This document shows, in pieces, positions 8,947 through 18,466 of a DNA stretch of 64,000 nucleotides (position 1 is the stretch's first letter; each line of letters opens with the position of its first letter). Below the pieces are notes generated by a model. It had not been told where the DNA came from, ran no database searches, and saw nothing but the letters and a program-made list of their open reading frames with translations. A program made the translations under genes and the position numbers. Source of the DNA: a virus; IMG/VR virus record IMGVR_UViG_3300036770_003016; one strand, 5' to 3'.

Positions 8947-9647
8947 TAATTAGAATAGTCTATACTATCCCAGTATTTTTTGTTGTTGCGGTTCCAAAAA
9001 TTCTTAATCAGATACCAGGCCATGCCAAAATATCCCATCTTTTTAAATCTTCTACTATCTTGTCCAAAGTAATGTTTGAGTAGTTTAAACTTTTTAGGGT
9101 CATACATTTTTGATAAAAAGAAATCTTCACTTGTTTGGTACTTTGCAGGGAATCTACCGAGTTCTTCAAATTTTGATCTTCTTGTCAAAAAGAAAGCACC
9201 TACAGCAAATGGTACCCAAGGTTTCATTATACGATTGATAATATTGAATAGTGAAAAACCAATTTTTGTTCTGATATCATCATCATAACATTTTATATAG
9301 AGGCCAATCAAGTCTAAATTGTTGTTTTCTATTTCATTTACCGAATCTTGTATGACAGTATTACTGAAAAATCTCACATCACTATCTATAAACAAAATAT
9401 ATGGTGTAGTGACCAATTTTGCACCATTATTCTTGGCAATTGAAACTGGCCCACCATCAATTATCTCAACATTCAAATCACCTTTATTTTTTTCTATGAC
9501 ATTTCTGGTGTTATCAGTAGATGCGTCAGCGATGATGATTCTGGTACTTCCTATGTTTTGAAGTCGCAAATCATTTAGTAGATGATGTATGTAATCCTCT
9601 TCATTTTTACAAGGAACAACAATCGTTATTTTTTCTGATAGATTCAT
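8937..9647 (-). CDS. Glycosyltransferase family 2
   Basis: IVVPCKNEE, DASTDNT, FIDSD (DxD), SEDFF, SRRF. Confidence 0.9.
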   Translation of the reverse strand: MNLSEKITIVVPCKNEEDYIHHLLNDLRLQNIGSTRIIIADASTDNTRNVIEKNKGDLNVEIIDGGPVSIAKNNGAKLVTTPYILFIDSDVRFFSNTVIQDSVNEIENNNLDLIGLYIKCYDDDIRTKIGFSLFNIINRIMKPWVPFAVGAFFLTRRSKFEELGRFPAKYQTSEDFFLSKMYDPKKFKLLKHYFGQDSRRFKKMGYFGMAWYLIKNFWNRNNKKYWDSIDYSNYWR

Positions 9648-9868
9648 TTAAGTAACTCGTTTATGTTTTTGACTTGTTCTTCGACATCGTATTTATTTCC
9701 TACAGTAACAGGCACACACATACCACCTTTGTATTGTTTTGCATACTTCTCGCATGGTTCTTTTGTCTGCCAGGCCTCTACAAATACTGGTTTGGCACCA
9801 ACATGTGCAACAATTACGATTGCCCATATGATGTTCATACAATATCTTTCCAGAAAACTAGTTCCCAC
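9644..9868 (-). CDS. Small secreted/membrane hypothetical protein
   Basis: Hydrophobic N-terminal segment, Cys pair. Confidence 0.55.
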   Translation of the reverse strand: MGTSFLERYCMNIIWAIVIVAHVGAKPVFVEAWQTKEPCEKYAKQYKGGMCVPVTVGNKYDVEEQVKNINELLK

Positions 9869-10578
9869 TTACCATCTGTATGCTCAACTAGTGCAGAACA
9901 GCTTTCGACCCAATCGCCATCATTCATATAGACCACACCATCAATATCTTTAATCTCTGCGGTGTGTATATGACCACAAATTACACCATCATAACCTTTT
10001 CTTTTGCAATATGAAGAAAGGTTAGATTCAAATTTAAAAACAAAATCAACTGCTCTTTTTACTCTTGATTTTAAATATTTACTGAGTGACCAATAACCAA
10101 AACCAAGTCTGTGGCGAACAGCATTAAATTTAGTATTCAGTGCAAGTACAAAATCATAAGCCTTATCACCTAGAAATGAGATCCACGGTGCAAGGCGTGT
10201 AATACCGTCGAATAAGTCTCCATGAGTGACCAAATAGTGCTTGCCATCAACGCCAATGTGTTCAAACTGATTGTAGATTTCAACATTTCCAAAACTGAAA
10301 CCGTATGGCAACATTGGTCTGAGAAATTCATCATGGTTTCCCGCAATGTAGATAACTCTTGTGCCCCTCTTTGCATAACCTAATATCCTTCTGACTACAT
10401 TTGTATGACTTTGTTTCCATCGCCATTTGTTTTGTTGAATTTTCCAACCATCAATTATATCACCTATAAGATATAAAGTGTCACAAGTATTGTTCTTAAG
10501 AAAATTATTTAATAAATCTGCTTTACAATCTTTAGTTCCCAAATGCACATCACTAATGAATATGCTTTTGTAGTGCAT
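9835..10578 (-). CDS. Metallophosphoesterase, PlcP-like phospholipase C (LpxH superfamily)
   Basis: SDVHLG, GDIIDGW, WKQSHTNVV, GNHD, HGDLFD, CGHIH, NDGDWVESCSALVE. Confidence 0.85.
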   Translation of the reverse strand: MHYKSIFISDVHLGTKDCKADLLNNFLKNNTCDTLYLIGDIIDGWKIQQNKWRWKQSHTNVVRRILGYAKRGTRVIYIAGNHDEFLRPMLPYGFSFGNVEIYNQFEHIGVDGKHYLVTHGDLFDGITRLAPWISFLGDKAYDFVLALNTKFNAVRHRLGFGYWSLSKYLKSRVKRAVDFVFKFESNLSSYCKRKGYDGVICGHIHTAEIKDIDGVVYMNDGDWVESCSALVEHTDGKWELVFWKDIV

Positions 10579-10587
10579 TTTTTTCCT

Positions 10588-11220
10588 TTAAGCTAAGATT
10601 ATTTTGCAAATATGTTCTAATCTTTCAATGTGTTCAAATGCTCTCCATGGCGAAGAATCAATTGAAACAACACCATGACGATCTATTCCCACAATATCAT
10701 ACTTAATTAAGCCTTTATACAACTCAAGATTCTTAACTGTTGCATTGGCTAATTCTTGTGAAATTGGTGCAACTTCTGGTACTGTTGGTGCTACACTTGT
10801 ATATCTACCTAGTTCTGGAAACTCTGATACAAGTTTTGTTAAATCAATTCCTTTATACATCGCTGCAACTGTGTATGTTGGATGCATATGTAGTACAACA
10901 CGAATTTCTGTTCTTGGTGAAAGTTCTTTTTGCAGTTCAAAATGCAAAGGTATTTCACCTGATGGTTTTAGACCAGAAGAAATTGGAGTGTACTCTATTT
11001 CTTGCCATGTGTGTTCCATTATTGGTGGTTGACCAAAGTAACCACTTTCTATATGTATTTTCTTAAACATTTCTGGCTGTAAATGTTGTTTTCTGACACC
11101 AGAAGGAGTTATAAAAAAGTGTTTTTGATCCCTGTGACGTATAGATGCATTACCATCACGAGCAGATATCCAACCTCTCTGATAACCTTCTTTGAACACT
11201 TCGCATATAGTTTCTAACAT
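10588..11220 (-). CDS. Class II aldolase/adducin family protein
   Basis: DGNASIR, ITPSG, KPSGEIPLH, HMHP, HGVV. Confidence 0.85.
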   Translation of the reverse strand: MLETICEVFKEGYQRGWISARDGNASIRHRDQKHFFITPSGVRKQHLQPEMFKKIHIESGYFGQPPIMEHTWQEIEYTPISSGLKPSGEIPLHFELQKELSPRTEIRVVLHMHPTYTVAAMYKGIDLTKLVSEFPELGRYTSVAPTVPEVAPISQELANATVKNLELYKGLIKYDIVGIDRHGVVSIDSSPWRAFEHIERLEHICKIILA

Positions 11221-11239
11221 TTTTTCTCTAATCTCTCTA

Positions 11240-13033
11240 TTATTGACATGCTAAACATTCATCCCCTTCTGCAATTGCTTTCATATCAATTTCTTCAATT
11301 ACTTTTCTCTCAATCTGTTTTGACACTTTATCTGCCTTTGCCAATTTCTCTGAACGGCAGTAGTACAATGTCTTGAGGCCTTTCTTCCATGCTAGAAAGT
11401 GTGCAGCATGTAGATACTGGACATTTACATCTGGCCGAAAAAAGAGGTTAACGGATTGCGCTTGGTCAATGTAACTCTGTCTGTCAGCTGCGTGCTCCAC
11501 GATCCATCGTTGGTCAATCTCCATGCTCGTTTTAAATACATCCTTGGTCCACTCGTCAAGGAACTCAAGGTGTTGAACGGATCCATCGTTCGCAATGATA
11601 CTTGACCAAATGTCTGAGTAATCGAGGGTTGTGTCAGCATTACATTTCTCCTGAATTATTTTGTCGAGGTATTTGTTTTTGTTAAGGAAAGCTCCCGATA
11701 GTGTGTCTTGCCTATAAGCATTAGCACGATAAGGCTCAATAGAAGGACTTGTGTTACCCATGATGATTGAACTACTAGCATTAGGAGCAATTGCCATAAC
11801 ATGGCTAAAACGCAGGCCAGTACCAACAGCATCGGGAGCTTCACCTCTTTCTGCACCAAGTTCTTTATTTGCAACATTTAATTTCTCTCTTATGTTCTTA
11901 AAGATTTGTAGATTTCTAGACTTTGCTAGTGCTGACTCAAATGCAACATTATTTTTCTGCAAATAAGCATGGAAACCAAGAGCACCAATACCAATAGAAC
12001 GCTCACGGGTAGCAGAATACTTTGCACGATACACAGAATTAGGTGCTTTATCAATAAAATACTGTAGAACATTATCGAGCATCTCTGCAACATCTTTGAG
12101 GAATAAATTATCATTTTTCCATTCATCATAGTATTCTAAATTGACAGAAGACAAGCAACAAACAGCTGTTCGTTCTTTATCTGTTGGTAGAATAATCTCA
12201 GAGCACAGATTTGATTGTTTGATACTTAGACCAAGTTTCTTTTGAAACTCAGGCATTTCACGATTACTGGTATCAATGAAGTGTAGATAAGGTTCACCAG
12301 TCTGCATACGAATCTCTAGAATTCTCTGCCATAGTTCTTTTGCAGGTACAGAATCACGAACACTACCATCGTGTGGGTCTTTTAGATACCATGTATCATC
12401 TGCATGTGGGTCTTTCATACACTTTTCAATTAACTGCATGAAGTCATCTGTAATGTTGATGCCATGGTGTAGATTCAAGCAACGCATATTCTGGTCGCCT
12501 GTTGGTTTTCTCATTTCTAAAAAGATAAGAATATCGGGATGAGATATATCAAGGTAAGCAGCATAGCTACCACGCCTGGTCCTACCTTGTCTATACGCAA
12601 GACTAGACGCATCATATGTGCGAAGATGAGGCATAACACCAACAGACTTATCATCAGCGGATCTGATACCAATTCCAATTCCAACACCTCCTCCTAACAT
12701 TGACAACCAATTTACTTCTGAAAGGGTGTCAACAAGGCCCTCAGCAGAGTCGTCCAAATATGGCAAAAAGCAAGATATAGGAAGCCCACGCTTACTCCTA
12801 CCATAAGATAGAATAGGAGTGGAATAGCTGAGCCAATGTCTACTACTATATTCATAAAGTCTCTGAGCATGTCCAGGATTTGATCCAAAAGCCTTTGAAA
12901 CATATGCGAACCTTTCTTGTGGAGAGTTTTCATCTTCTCTCATGTAACTTTCTCTTAATCTTTTTTTACCTAGTTCATCAAATAACGAATCTCTAGTGAA
13001 ATCAACGGTAATGCCGTGAACTATGTCAGCCAT
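11240..13033 (-). CDS. nrdA: Ribonucleotide reductase class Ia alpha subunit
   Basis: PISCF, GGGVG, QSNLCSEI, APNASSS, TLYY, C-terminal CLAC. Confidence 0.95.
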   Translation of the reverse strand: MADIVHGITVDFTRDSLFDELGKKRLRESYMREDENSPQERFAYVSKAFGSNPGHAQRLYEYSSRHWLSYSTPILSYGRSKRGLPISCFLPYLDDSAEGLVDTLSEVNWLSMLGGGVGIGIGIRSADDKSVGVMPHLRTYDASSLAYRQGRTRRGSYAAYLDISHPDILIFLEMRKPTGDQNMRCLNLHHGINITDDFMQLIEKCMKDPHADDTWYLKDPHDGSVRDSVPAKELWQRILEIRMQTGEPYLHFIDTSNREMPEFQKKLGLSIKQSNLCSEIILPTDKERTAVCCLSSVNLEYYDEWKNDNLFLKDVAEMLDNVLQYFIDKAPNSVYRAKYSATRERSIGIGALGFHAYLQKNNVAFESALAKSRNLQIFKNIREKLNVANKELGAERGEAPDAVGTGLRFSHVMAIAPNASSSIIMGNTSPSIEPYRANAYRQDTLSGAFLNKNKYLDKIIQEKCNADTTLDYSDIWSSIIANDGSVQHLEFLDEWTKDVFKTSMEIDQRWIVEHAADRQSYIDQAQSVNLFFRPDVNVQYLHAAHFLAWKKGLKTLYYCRSEKLAKADKVSKQIERKVIEEIDMKAIAEGDECLACQ

Positions 13034-13048
13034 AAAATACTCCAGTTA

Positions 13049-13705
13049 TTATTGTTCTACGAATTCTTTTGCCATGGGAAATACCTTGGCAATTACTTCA
13101 GCGCAGGCCTTTGCGACCTCTATGTGTTCTTTCTGTGTTCCGTTGCCAGAACGCAATTGTATGTAGTGGATCCATGATCTAAGTGTGCCATTCATGTATA
13201 ATCTTGATACTGTTAATCCTTCAGGTAATACTGCACGAGCTTGTTCTTTTGCAATTCCGTTTTTGATTGCCCAATCATATTCTCTTTTTGCGGCAAATAA
13301 AACTCTTTTCTGAGCTCTTTCCCATTCAATCTGTAACATATTGTCATCAGTTTCAATACTATTTTGACGATTCTTCTCGTCTTGTAATCTTGCCTCACGA
13401 ATTACAAAATCCAAGTCTTTTGTTGGGTCTGCGTATCGTTGACTAAACTCTTGAAACGAAAATGAACGATGCCTTAACATTTGTCTTGCAATATCTCTTG
13501 TTGTAGTAATTTCCAAACACATATTTACCATTTCTAATGGTGAAAAATGGCAATTTTTAATCAAATAACGAACCAATTTTTCACTCGTTTCTCTATTATT
13601 TTGATTACTTGGATTTGAAACTCTTGCACAAAACGCAACCAATTCTGTCATATTTTCTGCAAAATATTCTGACGGTTGACTATAACTAATCAATTCTACT
13701 TTCAT
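13049..13705 (-). CDS. thyX: Flavin-dependent thymidylate synthase
   Basis: RHRSFSFQEFSQRY ThyX motif. Confidence 0.95.
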   Translation of the reverse strand: MKVELISYSQPSEYFAENMTELVAFCARVSNPSNQNNRETSEKLVRYLIKNCHFSPLEMVNMCLEITTTRDIARQMLRHRSFSFQEFSQRYADPTKDLDFVIREARLQDEKNRQNSIETDDNMLQIEWERAQKRVLFAAKREYDWAIKNGIAKEQARAVLPEGLTVSRLYMNGTLRSWIHYIQLRSGNGTQKEHIEVAKACAEVIAKVFPMAKEFVEQ

Positions 13706-13706
13706 T

Positions 13707-14738
13707 CTATACCTTTTTCCAAAATGTAAATCTTGTTTGCGCTTCTAGACCTCTAAATGTGTTACTACTTATAATACTTTCTATTTCATCAGGTGATAAA
13801 CCATTCATTACCATCTCATTTATATCTTTTCCTTGCATGTGATTAGGCCATATTACAACAAAATGATCGGATCGTATTGCATCCTGCATCATCTTCACGA
13901 TTTCTTTATTCCTGGGTTCATTGTCAAAGATCAAAATCTTTTCATTTGCATTAACCATTTTTGCCGTTAATGAAAGATTGGCATCACCACTTGCAAGACA
14001 ATTATTTAGAAAAAGAGAATCTAGAGGGCCTTCTACTATCTTTACAGGTTTCATTAGATCAACTCTATCCATACCATATATCAGTTTATCTTCTGCATCA
14101 TTTGTGCGAAGAGTGACATATCGCAAAGTCTTATCACTAGTTTCCAATGCACGACCAGACACAGCAATCAATTCATTATACTCGTTATAGAATGGAATTA
14201 CAAGCCTTGCATCATCATATAATTGTTTACCATGATCAGGTACAAGTGTCGTAACGAACTGATTATAATGCTGTGTAAAGAGTAGTTTGTCGTAAAATTT
14301 TAGTGGAATCTGCCTTTTTGTCGCATATTCTAGGCAAAAATGTCCACTCGGTAGTTTACTAAGCCACTCTGCGTGTTCGAAGTATGATTTCTTTTTGAGT
14401 TTGTCAAATCTTGTTGGTGTGACTTGTAGTATCTTGGAAACTGTGTTGGAGTTATTGGTTTCACCAGATTTGAATCTGTCGAGTACATACTCTTTATATA
14501 GAGATGGGTCGACATGTTTGACAAGGTTACCCACATTTGTTCCTACTCCACAATTATGGCATTTATAGAACAAATCATTAATTTTTTGGTAAACATAACC
14601 ACGAGCCTTTGTTAAGTTCTTTTTCGAATCACCACAAATAGGGCAACTAAATTGGTAAGTATTTTCCTTCTTCTGCTTGAAATTACGCAGCCGAGAGGAA
14701 ACTAAGCGGATGTATTTATTATCAATGTGTAGAGACAT
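13707..14738 (-). CDS. 61: DNA primase (T4 gp61-like)
   Basis: CPICGDS..KARG, CHNC, VEGPLDSLF, DNEPRN, KDINEM. Confidence 0.95.
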   Translation of the reverse strand: MSLHIDNKYIRLVSSRLRNFKQKKENTYQFSCPICGDSKKNLTKARGYVYQKINDLFYKCHNCGVGTNVGNLVKHVDPSLYKEYVLDRFKSGETNNSNTVSKILQVTPTRFDKLKKKSYFEHAEWLSKLPSGHFCLEYATKRQIPLKFYDKLLFTQHYNQFVTTLVPDHGKQLYDDARLVIPFYNEYNELIAVSGRALETSDKTLRYVTLRTNDAEDKLIYGMDRVDLMKPVKIVEGPLDSLFLNNCLASGDANLSLTAKMVNANEKILIFDNEPRNKEIVKMMQDAIRSDHFVVIWPNHMQGKDINEMVMNGLSPDEIESIISSNTFRGLEAQTRFTFWKKV

Positions 14739-14746
14739 AGTACCAT

Positions 14747-14775
14747 AATATAACAGAAAATCAAGTTGAAGTCAA
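14747..14775 (-). promoter_or_regulatory. Sigma70-type promoter for primase
   Basis: TTGACT-17 nt-TATATT with TG extension. Confidence 0.6.
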
Positions 14776-14776
14776 G

Positions 14777-15259
14777 CTATTTTAATAGCATACCGATAAT
14801 ATCCGTATTAATGTGCCCAAGTGCAAAACCGGTTGCAATTGCCACTCCTAATATCAAATATTTGTAGTTCTCTATTCTACTCAATATTTCATTAATTTTC
14901 AACTTATTTTTGGTCTCATCATTGCCTTCATGATTTTTTAATTCATTTCTTAAGGCATCTATTTTATCACCTAAATGTTTTTCGGTAGAATCAATTTTAT
15001 CATGTAATTCTCTAGTTACTGTAGTAATTCTAGAGTGTAATTCTTTAATATCATCTTTCAATTCGTTTTCCGTTTTTGTATGGATATCATGCTTTTGATC
15101 ATGCAAAGATATCATTCTCAGTAAATTACCATTCAACTCTTGAATTTTATCAATTGAATCAGATAATTTGTTAGTAATTGTAGTTAGTAGTTCATTATCT
15201 TTTTTGAGAAGACCTATTTCCAATTTTAGGTCATGTAATTTTGTCTCTTCTGGATACAT
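14777..15259 (-). CDS. Coiled-coil protein with C-terminal TM helix (possible lysis accessory or holin)
   Basis: Heptad repeats plus LILGVAIATGFALG; directly downstream of the spanins. Confidence 0.6.
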   Translation of the reverse strand: MYPEETKLHDLKLEIGLLKKDNELLTTITNKLSDSIDKIQELNGNLLRMISLHDQKHDIHTKTENELKDDIKELHSRITTVTRELHDKIDSTEKHLGDKIDALRNELKNHEGNDETKNKLKINEILSRIENYKYLILGVAIATGFALGHINTDIIGMLLK

Positions 15260-15261
15260 TT

Positions 15262-15651
15262 CTATTTACCTTTTTCTGATGACTTTGGGGGCTCATAGTA
15301 ATTTTTATATTGTAATATAATTGTTCTCTGTTGTGCAATAAAATTACGCAATTCTGCCATTGTTATTGCCAACGATTCGTACCCGTCATCAGTCAAGGCA
15401 AACAAAACTAAATCTGTGTTTTCTTGGGTTAATTTTTGCCAAACTTGTTCGGCATTTTGTGGTGTTATTACTACCCATTTAATTTCCCTACCCTTTAATG
15501 GAGTAGGATCTGCTATATTTAAAGGTGTCCTTTCTACTTGTTTTGTTTGTATCTCTATTGGTTTAACTTCATCTCTTTTAAACCATGATAAAGCAGAGCA
15601 ACCACTAATTAGGGGAACTATAAGCAGGATTAATAAGTGATGGACATTCAC
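15262..15651 (-). CDS. Outer-membrane spanin lipoprotein (o-spanin)
   Basis: GTG start after GAGG; LLILLIVPLISG-C lipobox; overlaps the i-spanin 3' end. Confidence 0.75.
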   Translation of the reverse strand: MNVHHLLILLIVPLISGCSALSWFKRDEVKPIEIQTKQVERTPLNIADPTPLKGREIKWVVITPQNAEQVWQKLTQENTDLVLFALTDDGYESLAITMAELRNFIAQQRTIILQYKNYYEPPKSSEKGK

Positions 15652-16078
15652 GATTGGCCTCTGTTGGTGTTTTAGCGTTTTTTTCTTGTTCATTGAGTGG
15701 GGCACCTGACGCCAATTCCATACACCTAATTGCATTTTGGGTTCCACGATTCACAAGTCTCTCTACTACATTTGGTTTCTCTGATGCCAGAGCACCAAAA
15801 TCTCTTTTACTAAATTTTGTTGTAAGTGCTTCTTTATCTTTACTTAATTGTTCTTTTTGTTGATTTAATTCATCATTTATTTTTTTGATGGCTTCAATGT
15901 CAACTCTCATTTTTTCCATCAGTTCATGCTGATCTTTTATTCCTTGCTCAAGTTTAGCATTATTTGCCTGTGATACAGCAAGATCAGCTTTTAAATTTGT
16001 TACATGAAAAAACCCACCAGCTAATATTAGTATGATGATGAGGTATATAATTGGTTTTACAAATGCAAGTGGGTTCAT
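15605..16078 (-). CDS. Inner-membrane spanin (i-spanin)
   Basis: N-terminal TM helix, long coiled coil, C-terminal cysteines. Confidence 0.75.
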   Translation of the reverse strand: MNPLAFVKPIIYLIIILILAGGFFHVTNLKADLAVSQANNAKLEQGIKDQHELMEKMRVDIEAIKKINDELNQQKEQLSKDKEALTTKFSKRDFGALASEKPNVVERLVNRGTQNAIRCMELASGAPLNEQEKNAKTPTEANRECPSLINPAYSSPN

Positions 16079-17640
16079 TTTGGTTTTCTTGTGAACATGT
16101 TAAATGGAATAACTTTTTTCTTGTTCTTCTTATTGATACCTGGTTCACCTTGATCGCCAATTCCAAGACCTGCAATCTGACCACCACCAACATTGTTGAC
16201 TGATACTCCACCAACCATTCCACCAAATTCTTCAGGCATTGATGCTAGTTTTCTTGCATCTACATTAGGGAATGATCTGGCAACTTGTGCTGCATAGTAT
16301 AGTTTATCATGTCTTTTATCATTCTTTCTCTTTAAGAGGTCTGATAATGTTTTCTTGGCTTTATCATATTCATCAGAATGAATGTGTGGACTCAAAGCTT
16401 TCATAATTCCAAAATCTTCATCTAACTCAACTTCTTCATTCAAACCCTCTTTGCCAGGTGGCTGAATATTGTGTCTTGGTGAAGAGTTACCAAATGCAGA
16501 TGATGTCTTGACTTGTTCAGAGAATAAATGCACTCTTTTGTGACCTGTGACACTACCTTTTGTATCTTTTTGTGGAACATGTGCATGATAATGGATATAT
16601 TTGTCACCTGTTGGGGCTCTAGACACTTCTAATCTTGTCTCTGGGTCTCTAAGAAGATTAGATACTTTAGATTCGTGTGGAACTTCTACTTTTGATGTGA
16701 TACCTGTCTTTGCAGTACCATTTGTTGTTACTTTAGAATATGGCATTGGTGGTGTCTCAGAAGGTTCATCGTCTTTACCACCAGCATTTAAATAGTTATT
16801 CAGTAAAAAGTCTTTTACTTTTTGATGACCCTCAGGGCCAGAATTGATCATGCCCTGTAGATGATCAACTATATGATTTCTTATTCTGGCGTGACTATCA
16901 CTCTTTATCTTTTCATATTGTTGATGAAAGGCTTCATGTTCAGGTTTAGGCGATATAGGTTTACTCTTGTCACGATTGATTCGATTGCCACTTAGTTTTC
17001 TTAGTGCTTCTTTCTTCTCATTATTGGTCATTGAAGAAAAACCAGGCATAATTTTGTTTACATGTTTGTGTAGGTCATCATGTGCTTGTTGCCATAGTTT
17101 AGTTGTTGAAGAACCTAGCGCAGCATCCATGTGTTTGGGTGATGGATTTTTGAAACCAATATCACCTTTTGCTTTTTGTGTAGACTTGAGTGAGATGCCA
17201 TGGTAAATCATCTTACCAGTTTTCTTGTGCCTTAACCCAATTGTAACATCAGAAGGATTTAAAAGACCACTATCTTTGTGTTTACCTTTTGTTGCCTTTT
17301 CAATAGCACCATCTACATTTGTATGATGGACTTCTACCAGTTCATGATCTGGATATAATTCTCCCAAATGACTTTTAATTCTTTCTGCCTGTGCGAAACC
17401 ATGATTCTTACGATTCTCTAGATCGTCTTTACTCAACCTTGGAGATGCAGTATCATAGACAGATTTAGCTCTAGTTAATGTTTCTTGATTTTCTGGTCGT
17501 TTGAAATGTTTTGGGTGCAGATGTTTATGTATCAAAGCAGCTGCAGCAATAGTTTCAGTTACAGCACCAACTGATTGTTGTGTACCTTGTCCTGAAACTT
17601 TTTCTTCTTTTTCAATTAAAAATTCTGTGAAACGATTCAT
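16075..17640 (-). CDS. Probable head-internal protein with PD-(D/E)xK-like nuclease domain
   Basis: N-terminus MNRFTEFLIE; PSD...GISLK motif; internal EEVELDE. Confidence 0.6.
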   Translation of the reverse strand: MNRFTEFLIEKEEKVSGQGTQQSVGAVTETIAAAALIHKHLHPKHFKRPENQETLTRAKSVYDTASPRLSKDDLENRKNHGFAQAERIKSHLGELYPDHELVEVHHTNVDGAIEKATKGKHKDSGLLNPSDVTIGLRHKKTGKMIYHGISLKSTQKAKGDIGFKNPSPKHMDAALGSSTTKLWQQAHDDLHKHVNKIMPGFSSMTNNEKKEALRKLSGNRINRDKSKPISPKPEHEAFHQQYEKIKSDSHARIRNHIVDHLQGMINSGPEGHQKVKDFLLNNYLNAGGKDDEPSETPPMPYSKVTTNGTAKTGITSKVEVPHESKVSNLLRDPETRLEVSRAPTGDKYIHYHAHVPQKDTKGSVTGHKRVHLFSEQVKTSSAFGNSSPRHNIQPPGKEGLNEEVELDEDFGIMKALSPHIHSDEYDKAKKTLSDLLKRKNDKRHDKLYYAAQVARSFPNVDARKLASMPEEFGGMVGGVSVNNVGGGQIAGLGIGDQGEPGINKKNKKKVIPFNMFTRKPK

Positions 17641-18029
17641 TTAATTTTCCTTAGAGCGTTTGCTATGTTCATGTCAACTTCTATGCTTGAAGACATTATA
17701 TCACATCCTTTTATACCTTTTACTACATTTGGCATTATATTGAGAAACAACAAATATGTTTTTAGAGCAGAATAATCTTCTTTAGACATTTTATAGAACA
17801 ACATTCGTACAGCAGGTTCGGGACCGAAGACATTATATAAAACGACTAGATGATTTAGTACTAATTGTTCTTTAAGATCGTTGTTTTTGCGATACTTGTG
17901 AAACAATCTTTTAATATAGTTAAATCTTTTCATATCTTCTTTAAATTCACTCATGATAGTGTTAGGTTTATCATAACACTTCATTGCAAACATTAAGAAG
18001 TTTTCATTTGTTAAATCATCAAAAGCCAT
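17637..18029 (-). CDS. Conserved T4-like hypothetical protein
   Basis: ENF..FAMK.YD.P, EF.ED.KRF.YIKRL, LNHL..LYNVFG. Confidence 0.8.
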   Translation of the reverse strand: MAFDDLTNENFLMFAMKCYDKPNTIMSEFKEDMKRFNYIKRLFHKYRKNNDLKEQLVLNHLVVLYNVFGPEPAVRMLFYKMSKEDYSALKTYLLFLNIMPNVVKGIKGCDIMSSSIEVDMNIANALRKIK

Positions 18030-18466
18030 TAATTTTCTTCTTCGTCTTCCTCCTCATCCGACAGTAGTTCTTCCATACGAGCATCGTCTCCTACTTCAGC
18101 ATAAAACTCATAGTGACCTTCATCGGTGAGATAATATAAAACATATAAATTTGTCGTAAGATTTTCTTGCCCAAACTGATTTATATCAAGTACAAATTCA
18201 TCTCCTTCTGGATCAGCATCGTAAAGTGCTGGCAGATCAAAACCGTATCTGTGCAGCACTTTACGAATTGCCTGTATGCCACCTTCTGGAGAAAGAAATG
18301 GTTGATACAACTCGTTCATAAAGCGATAATTCATTTCCATTTGAACTTTTGAATTGTCAATATCGGATCTGGCCTCGCCAGTAGGCTCATGAGCCTCTTC
18401 TGCTTGACCAGCCTCGATATTTTTCAAATCAAGTTCTTGAAGATATTGTTTGAATCTCATTATCAA
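18029..18466 (-). CDS. Probable head-internal acidic protein
   Basis: N-terminus (MI)MRFKQYLQE. Confidence 0.65.
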   Translation of the reverse strand: MIMRFKQYLQELDLKNIEAGQAEEAHEPTGEARSDIDNSKVQMEMNYRFMNELYQPFLSPEGGIQAIRKVLHRYGFDLPALYDADPEGDEFVLDINQFGQENLTTNLYVLYYLTDEGHYEFYAEVGDDARMEELLSDEEEDEEEN

